Notes under the pieces: model-generated | The model's database searches: none | What the model saw: the letters and a program-made list of their open reading frames with translations, nothing else | What the model was told of the DNA's origin: nothing | Program-made: the position numbers and the translations under genes | Source: Schizochytrium sp. TIO01 | Lineage: Eukaryota; Protista; Bigyra: Labyrinthulomycetes | DNA length: 64,000 nt | Direction: 5' to 3' | NCBI GenBank assembly: GCA_004764695.1 | Contig: SMSO01000025.1 | Coordinates: 5,062,862 to 5,126,861, forward strand | In this document: positions 10,498-24,146 of the stretch, piece after piece | How positions within the stretch are numbered: position 1 is the stretch's first letter | Layout: every line of letters begins with the position of its first letter

Positions 10498-13400
10498 TTT
10501 TATCCATTGATTAAACTAAAGTTATTCATTCATCCACAGAGAACGAAGTTTTAAGCTGAGGAGGGAAAAGCCAAAAGAGAGAGGATCGATTGAAAGGAAA
10601 GAAAGCGCCCAAAAGCAAAAGTACGGCGCCACTCGTAATCGCAATCGAACGATTCTCCGCAGTTCTTGGCATGCCTTATGCACCCAAAGAGAGAACCTAT
10701 CAAAGCAAGCAAACGCATACTCAGATCGATCGATCGATGTAGCCTCAAAGAGTGGTTTGTTTCTATTATCCCAAAGATCATTCATTGATTTTCATTCACC
10801 GACCCATCTGCTCCTAGGAGACCCAGCTAGCCAGAACTCTTATGCAACAGTTCCGCGGCAGTGGTAGCGATAGGCCTAGTCGCCGACTAGCGTGGGGCCA
10901 GTAGCCGCGAATAGGCAAAACCCTAGGGGCGCCTGCCGCTATATAATAACGTGCGGCACGCGACAAAGTAGAGCCGGAAGAGGCGCCCTTCGGCTCTGGG
11001 CCCGGCTTCCTCGCGCAGAAGCCGGCGGCGGCCCATCGCGCTGCCGGAGAGCCCCTCGCGAGCTCCGCGGGTCGGCACCTTCCGGCTGGGACGATCTCTC
11101 GGGCGGCCGCGGAGGCAGAGCTCGAGCGAGGAGGGAGGCCTGATCTGACTTACTTGGTTTCTTGATCTTTCATTCCTCTTTTACGCTATTTAACAAACTT
11201 CGCTCTTTTTTTTTTCCTTTTTTTTTTTTTTTTTTTTAATAATTAAAATGCTGTTTGTTATGGCTATAGGACTGAAGGAAAGAAAGAAAGAAAGAGAGAG
11301 TTAAAAGAAATGATGAAAAGACATGTGCCGCGAAGAAAAAAAAAAAAAAAAAAAAAAAAAAAGCGAGCCTCAAATAGAGGTTACTTGAAGCAGCGCCAGG
11401 CAAGTGTTGATTGAGATAGCTGGGCTTGGAGATGGCCACGGGGCGACGCAGGAGACGCGGGATCAGGGAGTTCGACACGTAGATATGGGCGGCTGTGAGG
11501 TGCGTGGAGCGACGGGATAGAAACTCCTGTCTCGAGCAGATAGAAGAAGAGGGCGCACACACAGGCTGTGATGAAACCTGCTAAATGTCACGAACGGGGG
11601 TGTTTGACTAACTTACGGGGAAGAATTACAGGGTTTACAGGAGTCTGCGAAAGGTCGAGATTGCACGCGAGGAAAGCGATGCGACAGAGGTCGAAGATCA
11701 AGGCTTGGAGGCCAGAGGAGGCGTTAGAAGGCACCCCGAAGATATATGCGAGGGCGGAGGTGCCATGTGCAGCAAGAAAATGCCCTCCACGAGACTCCGG
11801 TGGCTCAGTTTGACGATGCTTGCGAGGGAATCACGGCATGACCGTGGTGTGCAATACAGCCGTGGGACTAAGGCTGGTCAGCACGTGAAGATGTGCGCAA
11901 CATGAATAGACAACAGCGGGGTTGAAAGCATAGAACTGAAGATAACTGGCCCTACTCAGACGAGGTCTTTACTTGATCAGCACGTGCAGTGCAAGTGGCA
12001 TTGTATTTGGCCGATTTGGGGGCAGGCTGGTGCATTGTATCGATGTGATGCATGCCGCTCGCCGGGGCTTATTCTAAAGATGTCTTTCTTAGCTAGGTGT
12101 GCACTTACTCTTATGCATTATGACGATTGATTGAATGATTGAATGATTAATTGGTTGACGAAACATACTTGGGCTCAATACCATAGCCCGCATCCGGGAG
12201 GGTACACTGCCTGGTCAGAGCTTTCACTGGTATCTATTTGATGATGCAATGATGGTTCTCGAACTTCAATCAACCAGAGCATTTCGCATTCTGTGAATAA
12301 CCTGCGTTGTTGTGAGAAAGTATGACGCATGGTAGTGTAATCAACTACCAGCACTGCAGACCTGGAAAAAAGTTTCCTTGGATTGTGCATAGTGAAGAAA
12401 AGGGCTAAGTTCACACAAGCAGACAAAAGTGCTCAAGAGGAAGCAAAGGCTCGATTTACGTTGAGTCTACTCAAGTCAAGAGCTTCAAACTGCTGCTGCC
12501 AGTACATATAGAGGGAAGAGTTCCCAAAAATGATTTTTATTTATGACTATCAACAGGACAACTAAAAGTAAAAAGAAAACATATTCCACTAAGTACGGCT
12601 TTGCCTTCATAAGTAATCACATGCCTGTAAGTGAGAAAGAAAGAGAGGCTATCGAGAAATACACTGAGCAAACAGAGTCAAAAGTCGCGACTTTATTCGA
12701 TAGAATGGAAGCGAAGTGGGCTTACAGAATGTTGCACCCTAATTATCGCAAATGCAAGCAGTTTGTGGGATAGGGTGTTACTGCGTGGTCCTTGCAGAAA
12801 GCTGGACGTTGGGTAGTTGCGTGCTGCTGAGAAAGACAAAGCGTTAGATACTTCAATATTTCAATTGTATTTCAATTCGAAGCTTCCTCGAATGAACTAT
12901 TCTAATTCGAAGAAACTGACCCTTATCATATACAATGTGTAGTAGCTAAGCCTATCTTTGGCTTAATTAGACTTATCATGATTTCAATCTTTTTTTGTTT
13001 TTTGTTTGTTAAAATTTTAGAGCTTTCCTAGCTATTGTAGATTTTGGCTTTTAAAAGAAAGGTTCAACCACGGACTCCTAACTTTGCTAGAACTAAGTTC
13101 CTTTCCGGACAAATGCCATGGGATCTTTAAAACTACAAAGCTTTTCTGAGAACACTACGTCTTGTCTGCTCAAATTTTCCATAATGGAAAGAAGTTCTCA
13201 GACAGCATTCTGCACGTGATGCTATGCACATGAAAACAGGATAAATGCGCAACTCATCCCTGTAGTGATCTCACCGTGCTTCTCACGACCGGCACTCTAC
13301 ATACCCAAATTAGGTTTGCTTTCGTGCGCTAAACAATGAAATTGCATGCAGACAGAGATAAATATAAATGAGCCCTCTAATCGACATGAATTAAAGCAGT

Positions 13401-14012
13401 ATAAAGCGTAGAAAATAACAATGAATGTTATCCCACTTTCTGCTGACTACTGCTCTATGTCACATCGCAAAGAAACATGTATACCCCTTCGTCACACTTA
13501 CGAATTTATACACGAACTCAGATCCTCTCAATAAATCTCATCGAGAGAATACTCAATCAGACACGCTGCGCTATAAAGACCCTCAAATAGTTTTCCGAGG
13601 TAAACACGCATGCTCGATTCTGACTTCAGTCAATTTTCATATCATCAACCGAAATGGGTCTGCCATGTTACCTAATTCTCCTACACCACAGAGACTGTCC
13701 TCGTGCATTCATTACGGAATAGCTTTCTCGCAAACTCCATCTCATCGGGCACCAACATCTTTATCTATTGCCTGCCGAGGGAGGAAATTAATATAACGCT
13801 CTTCTTGATTATGATATCTAGGCCGATGTATTCTGCCATTCTTGTAGTGAAGTGAAGATCTGATTCTAAAAATCGCCTCTTGGTCTTAGCTGACCGAAGG
13901 CAGGTTTTTCCAGTGTGTCTCCACAGCAGTTCTCTAACTGCCACTAAAGCCCAATAGAACGAACGCATTGGAATTTTTGAATTTGCAAAAGTCAATTGAA
14001 GGAGAGCGGAGC

Positions 14013-17000
14013 ATGAGCGTGCGCGTATACGAGGTCGTATACACGAAGCAAAAGCAACAGAAGCGCAAGGTAAGTCCATGCGACAAGCACCGGGCACTGT
14101 GAGGTACTCAATACTGACAACCACTGGGAGCTTGGCACACCGAGAGGGTGATGCTGACAATATTGACGATGGCTAGAGATGGAGCGATGGGTTCGTGAAA
14201 GTCTCAGCGGAACGCAAGAAGTTGATTCTCTATGCTGCTAGCGAAGAGCAGCCTGGTCCAGAGGTCGCGCTGAGAGGTCGCGTGCTTGACGAACTGTTCG
14301 TGCAGGACGTGGAGAACCTGGAGGAGGAGATTGAGTTTGAAAAGTTCCTCGTGGAAATTGGTTCCCGCGTTCACTTTGAGAGTGCAGTGATCTCAACAGA
14401 AAGTACTGCAGGCGCTGAGAATGAGCAAGTCTCTGCAAAACAAACCCCAGCTAAACCTAGTATGACTGGCTCTCAGCGAGGGTTGCGACAGCAACCTCCT
14501 CTTTTCTCCGGATCACTGCGAAGACCAACGATTTCAAATCAATATTGCAGCCAAAGCCGAAGTGAGAAGTGCCATCAAGAACCTCAAGACTTCGTCGGGA
14601 GGTATAGACCAATACCTCCATCGTCAATCCCAGTCGCAACAGAGCCTTCTCAGTTGCGAGGCAATTCACTTGCAGCAAGGGGATTTCAACGCAACCGTCT
14701 TGGAGCTGCACTTCCAGCTTCGACTCCTGCTCAAGGCTCATCGAGAGGGCAGGAGAACGTGACAAACTACATACCGGAAGCTACTAAAGAAGCCCCGCGA
14801 AACATTATGCCAAGGATGGCTATGCCAGGGCCTTCTGGGACGACATGCACATCAGGCGACCTTCTTGAGCTGATGGGGTTCGAAGAACCCTCAAGTGTGG
14901 ACGAAAACAAATCTAATCTTTCCAATGCAGACCCTCCTTCCCGCTGTACCGAAGAAGAAGTGGTAGATTCGCCGATAAAACCAAGCAAAATGGATTTTAA
15001 GAATGCGCGTTCTATTCCTGCTCCTGTACGTGGCGCTTTCAAGAAACCAAGGTCCAACGGAACACCAAGCCCAACACCTTTGGCTAAGCCACGTCCTGTT
15101 TCAAATAATTCACAATCCAATGACAGCACCGCGAGTCGCATTAACAAAGGCCCATCTTCAGGTCCAAGATGCTTTCCCCAAGACCTTCTACCTGAAGGCA
15201 CGCTTCGCCTTAATCTTCGATTTCGACAGACAGGACCCTGGGACACGAATCGTAAGATTTTTCACCAATTGCCCTCTGCGCATGCGTCTAGTGCTGAGCA
15301 TATGCATAATTTCCAGAGTACCTCTATAGCCATCATGACAGAAGAAATCCAAGCAAGTCTCGATGATTTCTTTGAGTTTCTCTCTAGAACAGGACCCCAG
15401 CGAACACAGGCTCGATATGATGAAAAGTGCACGCTGTACCGGACTCAGCCCAAAAGTGCACAGATGCAAAGGAAGTTCAAAAAGAAAGGCAACAAGTCGC
15501 GTGGAGGCTATAGCAAAAGAGGAGACTATGATAATACTGCTGAAGCCGAGGTTTTGGAGGATGACGAAGACGATAGTGATGAAGATGGGGGTCCTGTGGA
15601 CGAAGTCAAGAAGCCGCGCATTTTTTTAAACTCAGCTCGTTTACGAGAGAATCATAATGCGCGCAAGGCTTGCCGTTATGGCGATCTATGGTTTGTATCA
15701 CGAAACCCATTCTTCTATGGTAATGGCGAGAAAGAAATCGAAGTTTGGATCTTCCAATCCGTGTGGCATGGGCCAACTGCAGAAGGTGTACTCGAGGTTG
15801 TTCCGATTTCAGAAAACTTTGATCCACGTCGTGTATCCTCAAATTGGCAGCACAAAACTCGAGCATATGCTTTGTTTGGGCCCAACTTGGATCACAAGGT
15901 AGCCATGGCTCGTGTACTCACCGAGATGGGACCACATAGCCTGCCCATATACCCCTCTCTTGTTCTACCTCAGGCGCGTTTACAGCCGGCTAAAGGGATG
16001 TTCCCAGGGGATTCTCGTGCAAAAGAAATTTCTGAGTGTCTCTTTGAGCAGACGGTAAAGGATTTTCAACTTAATGAAGATCAAACACAGGTGCTTCGAC
16101 AAACACAAAAGTGGTTGACAGCTGAGCAAGCAGATCCTGTTGTACTTGTACATGGTGCTTACGGCTCTGGTAAGACACAATTGTCTGTGGCTACTATTAT
16201 GTATCTCACCAAGGTCTTGGATACCTTGGGTGATCAAAGCTTTCGCATTTGTGTTGCTGCTGCGACAAATGTCGCTGTCGATAATGTTCTCAAAGCATTG
16301 AAGCGTCGAGGTTTCCTTGCATTTAGTCGTGTTGGAAGCATTCGTAATATGGATCAAGAGCTTCTGGAACATATATTGCACTATAATGAACGTGGCCTTG
16401 CTGCCGCTGTGCAGGAGGCGCGCACGCAACTCTCTGAAATGATGAATAGTGACACAGGTTCTTCTGCAGGGTTATCGGTTGATCAGTCAACGACCTCGCA
16501 ATCGCGAAGACAAGCCACTCAAGCAATTAGGAAAGCTCTTCGCCATCTGGAGCACACCGCCTTACCAAAGCTCGCCAAAGAGCAACAAGAGCGCGAGAGC
16601 TCATTTCGTGTGGTTGGTGTAACGTGTTGTAGTGCCTCTCGCAATTATCTAATGCAAACGTTCGAGAAACCAGGTGTCCGCACAATTTGTCTTCTTGATG
16701 AGGCAGCTCAAGCAGTGGAGGCTCTTACCATGCTTCCTTTGGTCCGTAGCCATGCAGAGTTTGCAATGATGGTTGGCGACCCGTTGCAACTACCTCCTGT
16801 GACAGCGACCCGTGGAGGGAATTCTAAACTTCTTCAAAACAACACTGTATATGCAGATGGAGCAACATCATTATTTGAACGACTGAGCCGGCTTGGTCGA
16901 GATCCGGTTCGTCTCACGGTGCAATATCGTTGTCACCCGTCCATCAGTGATATCTCGAGTAAACTGTTTTACGAAAGTGGCGTGCGCACTGGCATTACTG

Positions 17001-17566
17001 CAGGAGACCGCCAAGCCTTAGTCGCGGGCCTTCCTGCTGCTGGATTTTATGACGTTGCACAGACTCACGAGATGCGTACTGATAATGGGTCCTTTGTGAA
17101 CGATCGTGAACAGACCTTGGTATGTATGATGGTTCTGAAACTTGTTGAAGCAGGAATTCGTCCGGAGCAGATTGGTGCGATTGCATTATATCGAGCTCAA
17201 GCTTTGGCTATCGAAAAAAGGCTGGATGAGAGCGGCCGTGCTCATGGGGTTGCCGTATCAACCGTGGATGCTTTCCAAGGTGCAGAACGAGATATCATAA
17301 TTATTTCGACATGCAGAACTACAGGCCCGGGATTCACAGCTTGCCCACGACGTGTGAATGTAATGATTACAAGGGCACGGCACCACTTAATGATTTTAGG
17401 ACAGCATTCTGCCTTATCTGGGTCAAAGCTCTGGCGAGATGTACTGAAGGAGTGCGAGACCAACGTTCCCTTGGAGGCGGTACTTGAACGCCTGGCTGAT
17501 GCTGCTCAAGAGGCAATGTATGAGCCGGATGAGGATGAAGAAAATGAAGCAGCCGCGTTTCTGTAA
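14013..17566 (+). CDS. ZGRF1: ZGRF1-like Upf1/DNA2-type SF1 helicase with N-terminal DUF2439-like domain; join(14013..14069,14177..17566), 1148 aa
   Basis: Exon 1 MSVRVYEVVYTKQKQQKRK is followed by GTAAGT (14070), with a TAG acceptor ending 14176, giving ...KRKRWSDGFVKV...KLILY (DUF2439 pattern). Helicase motifs: HGAYGSGKT, ATNVAVDN, LDEAAQ, GDPLQLPP, QYRCHP, STVDAFQGAE, NVMITRAR. Confidence 0.8.
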
Positions 17567-18070
17567 TCTTTCGTTGCAAAAGCTGATGCCAGGCACGGTC
17601 AATGCTCAAAATGTAGGTTCTATATCAAAGTATATTCATCTTTTCTTTTTTTTTCCTTTCAAATTTTAAAAGTGAATGTTTTCAAGCTCTGGTAATTCTA
17701 TGTGATGCTTCAGGACTAAACAGTATACACCCAATTGCAATGTCTCAATCAAAGTGGATGCTGATTAGAACCTTGAATTTTTAAATTGTCAATCGTCGTT
17801 TAACTCTAGAGGTACCTACGAGGTATGCTGAACTGAGGGCTAGAGACTGGCATTTACTTTTCCAAGTCAACCCACGCTAATGACCATAGAAAGCAGCATA
17901 TGTAGAGATTCAATTATCTTACTCCAAAATGCATGAAACTGAACATGGAATTAGCTAAAAACAGAATTGTGCACAAAGAATTCTTGAGTTCTATTACAGA
18001 TGGAAGTACATACTAAAATAGAAGGAGAGACATGACAAAAGTTGTTCTTAACTTGTTTGGTATACTTTAT

Positions 18071-20446
18071 TTAAAGGTCTGAGTAGTCAATTACGGTGCG
18101 AAATTTGCGAGGCGGGGCAGGGGCATTGGAGGACAAGTTGTCTTTGGTGCCAGACGGTCCATCAGGTCCATCGCCAAAGTGAGCCTGATAATAGGAACGA
18201 TCCTTAGGCTTTGCGTATTCGGGTATTGGCGGAAGCGGCTTGTCATCAGCTTCAAGGAACTCCTGGCGAACGATTTCGCGAACAGCCTTGACGCGAGCCG
18301 CATTAACGTGCTCCGCCTGTTTTGTGCGGATGTGCTTGTGCACGAATGACTCTGATGCAAAGCGTTTAAACGGAGGGAGCAGGCATCGGTACTTGCCTTT
18401 TTCCTCAAAGCGTGTCTGTGATTTGCAAAATTCTTCCTCAGCTTCGTCCATGAGCTTTTGTGCGCGCTCAATCTTTGCTGCACGTGCATCGCGCTCCGCC
18501 TGGACCTTTTCGGGTTGGAAGCGCTCGAGCCAGGAGGTCACAGCCTCATCGACGTTGCGAAGGTAGGTGGATTTGCGAGGCTCAAGAATCTCCTTGAGCG
18601 CAGCAATGAAGGTGTCTTCATCTGCATCGGCTCCGGTCTTTTCTTTCGCAGCCTCAATATCTGCCCAACCGGTCTTGAGTATGTCATCTCCAGGAATGTG
18701 CCGCAGGTACGGCAACATATTAAGCTGGATCATCTCTCCTTGGGAAACATACATGCGATGTCCGTAGTAGCAGGTAAGGTGAACGTGGCGAAGGTATCCA
18801 ATGATAAGATCGAGTTCTCTGCGCTGACGCGCAAGCTCACGGTCCTTCTCACTGACAGCAGCGCTTTTGTTTCCCTCGTCAGCGTCGTTTTTGTTATTAC
18901 TGGCGTTGTCTTCATTGTCTTCATTGTAATCGTTACTGCCAGACCGCTGGGAGCTAGTCTTGGTACCGGCAGAGTTGAAGGCGTCTTCCAGAGCCTCCTG
19001 CGCAGCAGGCGCCTTGAGGAAAGCATCGAGGCCGTCTTCGACCCTACGTGCCTGGTCAAGAATGTGAGCTACAGCACGAGCCTGTGCAAGATCAATTTTG
19101 ATACGGGCTGGACTGGATACCTCCTTAAAGGCAAAACGGTTACCCAATAGGCGTCGCTCTAAAACAGTAAGTTCAACTTCCTCAGGATCCGCTCCTGGCG
19201 TCGTTGGTGTGGCCTTCGCAATAACTTTGCCCTCCACTCGCAGGGCCTCCGCGGAATCTTTGCTGTCAAAGACCACCCAGGCGTCCCTGTTAAAAAGGTT
19301 CCGGCCACCACTCTTGCGCGAGGCTGCTGCTCCCGCCGCTGATGCTGAAGACGACATGGATGACGACCCTCCTGCAGCGGAAGACTGTTTCTCCAGGAGT
19401 AGGGGTTCTCCCACAAGGATCTCGAGGTCCGTAGAGATTTCTTCCCTGGGGTTCTCGGAATCTGTATTCTTAATCTTTCCAAGAGTTTCCTTGACGGCAG
19501 TTGTCAAGGAGTTTGTCGTAACTGAAGGCGGCACCCTCGGGATAAATACCACAAACTTGTCGGCGAGAGGGTCTCCAACAGCCTTGCCAATCTTTGCCTT
19601 GCGTCGAGGCTCTGGAACCGCGTCAAGTACAGGGCAAACATTCTCAAGATCAGCTATGCCTTTCGCATCCCGAAGTCGCGCCGCTTCCGCTGCTGCGTGT
19701 TTTTCCAAGCCTTCTTCGAGTGCCTTGACTCGGGTAACGTCGTACCTACTCAAGAACCACTCTTCGGCACCATGCGCCTCAAAGTATTCGCTCGCTGCTT
19801 TGGCTTGCCATCCTTCCACGTACGCTTGATACCCTGATTCTGATACTGGCAGACGGTTGTTCTCTTGCTGTCTCGCCCACGCTGAAAACGACCACAATGG
19901 ATCCACCTCACGTCCATCGCTGGTTGTCGCAGATGCTCGATCTCCCAAACCGCTTCCATGTCCATTCCCACGCTCAGAGCCGCGGTCTCCTCGGCGCCGC
20001 TTGGATGCCCTACCTCCGCTACGACTTCTCCTCGAGGAGTTCCTCATCGACGATCTTTCTCTTGAAGGACTGCGCTGTCTTCTGGAGATCCTCGACCATG
20101 ATCTAGATCTGGATCTGGACCTGCGTGAGTCTCCTCGTTGGTCTCGAGTATCACGGTTGTCCCGAGAATCCCGATGATCGCGAGAGTCACGATAGTCTCG
20201 AATGTCTCTAGAGTCCCTGGAATCCCGAGGATCATTGTCACCTCTGCGCTGGTGGTGGTAGTCTCGACCGTGCCTCCGCTGCCGTGCAGGTGGCGACCGT
20301 GAGGACCTGCGGCGCCGCTGTTGGTGCCGGTTGCGTCTGGAGGAGGTCGCAGAAGAAGCTGAGTGGCTCCTTGAAGAAGCTGAGGACCCTGCAGAGGGGC
20401 TACGGCTTCGCCGCCGCGGCGAAACCGACCCGTCGCGAGACCTCAT
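18071..20446 (-). CDS. SRRT: SERRATE/Ars2 RNA-processing factor, about 791 aa from the first ATG
   Basis: RS/RD-rich N-terminus; YFEAHGAEEWFLSRY (DUF3546-like); RRM-like middle region; LDLIIGYLRHVHLTCYYG; zinc-finger-like KYRC...F...FVHKHI; C-terminal RTVIDYSDL. Confidence 0.85.
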   Translation of the reverse strand: MRSRDGSVSPRRRSRSPSAGSSASSRSHSASSATSSRRNRHQQRRRRSSRSPPARQRRHGRDYHHQRRGDNDPRDSRDSRDIRDYRDSRDHRDSRDNRDTRDQRGDSRRSRSRSRSWSRISRRQRSPSRERSSMRNSSRRSRSGGRASKRRRGDRGSERGNGHGSGLGDRASATTSDGREVDPLWSFSAWARQQENNRLPVSESGYQAYVEGWQAKAASEYFEAHGAEEWFLSRYDVTRVKALEEGLEKHAAAEAARLRDAKGIADLENVCPVLDAVPEPRRKAKIGKAVGDPLADKFVVFIPRVPPSVTTNSLTTAVKETLGKIKNTDSENPREEISTDLEILVGEPLLLEKQSSAAGGSSSMSSSASAAGAAASRKSGGRNLFNRDAWVVFDSKDSAEALRVEGKVIAKATPTTPGADPEEVELTVLERRLLGNRFAFKEVSSPARIKIDLAQARAVAHILDQARRVEDGLDAFLKAPAAQEALEDAFNSAGTKTSSQRSGSNDYNEDNEDNASNNKNDADEGNKSAAVSEKDRELARQRRELDLIIGYLRHVHLTCYYGHRMYVSQGEMIQLNMLPYLRHIPGDDILKTGWADIEAAKEKTGADADEDTFIAALKEILEPRKSTYLRNVDEAVTSWLERFQPEKVQAERDARAAKIERAQKLMDEAEEEFCKSQTRFEEKGKYRCLLPPFKRFASESFVHKHIRTKQAEHVNAARVKAVREIVRQEFLEADDKPLPPIPEYAKPKDRSYYQAHFGDGPDGPSGTKDNLSSNAPAPPRKFRTVIDYSDL

Positions 20447-23400
20447 GACCAAATAGGTGAATCCTCAACGACGGCCACCACTGTCCTCGGAGACAGGCCC
20501 TCGATGCGCCGGGGAGGCCCTCCTCCCGGCACGCAGACACACGCCTCCGGCAAAAACGAGACGAGTTAAACGCCTCAAATGCCCTGCGCCGAGGCCAGCG
20601 CCGCCAACGAGCGAGCGCACTTGCTTCGCTTTCTGCCGCCGCTTGGAGTTTGATTTCGATTTTTATTCGTCTCATTCTCCATTATACGTACCTTCTACGG
20701 ATTTCTTTACCTCTCTTTCTTAGGATCACAGTTGGCTAATGTTATCACTAATGTTATCACTGGTCCTGTGGCAAAACATCATTCGCGAGATCATTCATTC
20801 CTTCATTCATGCGTTCATTCGTTCATTCGTTAATCCTTCGTCCATCATCCATCCACTGTGGCCACTTTCAATTACCCCCAATCTTCGGATTGGTGTCCAG
20901 GCCCACGCTCAAGCTTCTCTAGCCCTCGTATCGCTCGCGGCACTGCAGACCGTGGAATGTTTGGCTCCTCCTGCTAATAACAAACAACGAAGATGATTGT
21001 TGCTTTTGCGGTTTCTGTGGATTAGGGGACTCCTGAGTTGTCATTCGCAATACGCTGGTTCATAATTCCTGGGCAAGTTAAGGGGAGACATCGGAGCAGA
21101 ACCCTCTGGATTGAGGTCTGCCAGCGGACCCCAGAACTGCTATTTTGACGCGAGTTGGGAGCAATCTCGCCTCGAAAGGACTTAGTCGGTTTTTTCCCTT
21201 TCTTCGCAGGTCGATGACTGGAGTCCTTGTACTAAGAGTACTACGGGTACCTACCTACTTTAGCGTAACGACCAATGCCATGCCTGGTAGCAGATGGAAA
21301 CGATTAGGTAGACAGACAAATCTACATTGAGGACCGCGGGCAAGGCAGTGCCAGCTATGCAGCAGTGCGGCGGTGGATTTCAACAACGAGCACATAATCT
21401 GAGAGCACAGATTGAATTGATTGTGGACGACTGAGTTGATACAAGCGAATGGGATGGTGAAACTTCACGTAGATCTGTAAAGGTCAAGGGAGGCCGCAAC
21501 CAATTTGGATATTCTGAAAGTTGCCTATCGGTGGTCAATCATTATGAACCAAGAGCGTGAGACGGGCGGGTGACTTGCTGCGCAAGGGAGGACACCATTC
21601 GTTTATGCCTGTCGTCTTGATTTTTTGTGGGCAGTGAAAGTGATACTTCTCGTTTCTTGACTCGCTTCCTTTCTCTGAGTCGCTACTATAATTTAGAATA
21701 GAGCTTGAAGCGGAAAAGCGAGCAGGCAAGTAGTCTTTCTGTCTATATCTTTCCTGTTCTTCTTAAAGTTAATACTTGCTCGCCTTAGGAGAGAATCTAT
21801 AAGACTGGTTTCCACAGATGAGTCAAGACATTCTTAACTTGGCAAAATCAAGTTCTGGTACATTACCTATGAATTAATATCAGGAATTTGCTTTAAAACG
21901 ACACCAGAACACCGCTAAAATACAAAATCAAGCTGCACATAAAGGAAGCATCGGTTTGCCTCCTGCACTGCATTTTCTGCTTTGGATGGTCATGAAAATG
22001 ACAGCATGTTGTTTTGCCCCCCTTTCCAAATCCATGCAAGTTGGCTGGCTGTTTCTAAGATAAAACTGAGAAACGTTAATCACGATTGACTTACAACCAC
22101 GGCATCAGAATACATATTTAGAGATGCAGTAATTGCTGTGAGGATCATATTTTTTCCTTTTCAACTTCGATAGTAAAGACAGTAGCAACCGAAAATGATG
22201 GAACGAGCAACTTTATTGCTATTGCAATAAGAGGGACGCATGAGTCAAATAATTGTTCATAACGTTTTACCTATTGTACATTAAGAAAAGGGAAAAGTTC
22301 ACTTAAATGCCAATAATCGCAATATAGTCTGCAATAGACGCTGCGGCCAATGTGGCCCGACTTCTGTCTTTAAATAAAGACTGATTACAATGATACCAAA
22401 TAGGTGGTTTGAACTTCTCAGCTTCTAAATAGGGTCTGCAAGCTTCTCTTTAACTATACTTATGACGAAGTGGCGAAGATGCTGCAATGTTCAGTACAAC
22501 GTCACTAGCCAGTAATTTGAGTTAAGCTCGTTATTTATACGAACGCACGCCATATTATTCTTTGAGTGTACTTGCAACATCGATTTTCCGTGCTTTTTCA
22601 CGAGCCCATAAGAACAAATATGGGAATTGAGGCTCAAACCGATACAGGAACATGTTTGTGTTTAAAGTAAAAAGAAAAAACAAGTTTCTTTACCTAAATT
22701 GAAGCATAAAATGGAAAATCCTCGGATAGTCTCACCGTCAAAAAAATAAATAAAAAATCAAATGTCTCCCGGATGAAATTAAGATTTATCATGGATTGCT
22801 CAAGATGATGTTCTCTTTTTATACACTCGCAATCAGCACGATAGAAGTGCTGGACGAAGCACCTGCATCAGGTTGTTTACACCAATAGAGAGTCGCCCGG
22901 GCTATTCGTAAAAGATTTAAACAACTCGCAGCAAAGACGTTCTGTCAAGACGCTCATTCAGACTAGTTGACCTATGCCATCAACTTGGGGTTCGTGCTTT
23001 TCAATAGTTTGCTAGAGTCTGCCTACCTGCCTTTGGAGAACGGAAAGTTTGCATGAGTAAGCAGTACACCTCGACTCGCTTTCTACAGGGGAGTCGTTTG
23101 TTCGTTCTTCTAGTATCAGTTTTTGTTTCTATGCCTTGTTTAGTCTTTGTCACTGCATTTGGGCGTTTCTTTTGACTAATTAGCGGAAATGGCCTATGTA
23201 TTTGGGGGGTCATCTGTTCGAAAATGACAAACCTGGTCACGTTGCTAACTATAGCACGCTGCTCTCAACCTTATCAAGGTTCTTCCTTTTTCTTTCATTA
23301 GAAAAAAGAAAGAAAGAAGAAAGAAAAAAGAAAGAAGAATGGAAATGAGCCTTTGAAAAAGAAAAGAAAGGAAAAGAAAACAGGACACTAGCATGTAAGC

Positions 23401-24146
23401 TAATTCATTGTGAGAATGCCGAGAATGCCGCGTTTGAGTCACTAACAAACTATCTTGTTCTTCGCTTTCAGGAATGGAAATAACAAAACTATTTTTTGTT
23501 TCGGGAATCGAACAAAAGTGAAGTCTACATGTTGATGGTGATATATAGGGCGCTTCATCATGGAACTTGTGCGGGCCTGAAATAATGTCTTTCAGAAACA
23601 TGTGTCTGTGTCTTGTTCAGTAGAATTGGAAGTCTTACAGTAGTGCAAGAGTGCCTTGGCGTCTTTTCTGTTCACTTTTCCTTGGTTCCTAGCGTTTTTG
23701 TTTCCAGCACGATACAACCCAACCCCGGGTGGCACGAAAAGCAATTCTCACTTCTTTGGCCAAGAGTTCCAACCTTCGAGGGTTCCCCTCACTTGTTCAA
23801 CTTCGCTCTTTCCGCGAGCTGCTCGGATTCAGGTCGCCGGATTCCATTTCATCGGCACGGGTTGGTCGCGTTGCCCGCTTGTTCTTTCACAATGCACGCC
23901 TCGCGATTCGGCCCCGTGCTGTATCCCAGTCCCCAAGTCTCCACGAATAAATAATCCCACAAATAAATAAATCCACGAGCGCCACTTCTTGGCTGCTTCA
24001 CCAATTTAATCATCGGCGAGATGCCGGCATTGCGCTCTCGTGATTCTTCCGCTCGCTCGCACAAGTGTAAGTCCACATTCGCCACTTCACTTGGCGTCAC
24101 ACTCCAAAGGCCGACTGCTCGCCTTTCCCGGCTTCTTCGCTGCGTC

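Noticed and set aside
11400-12800. Possible transposase remnant
   Set aside because: Only short broken ORFs; I could find no DDE or RT motif, terminal repeat or target-site duplication.
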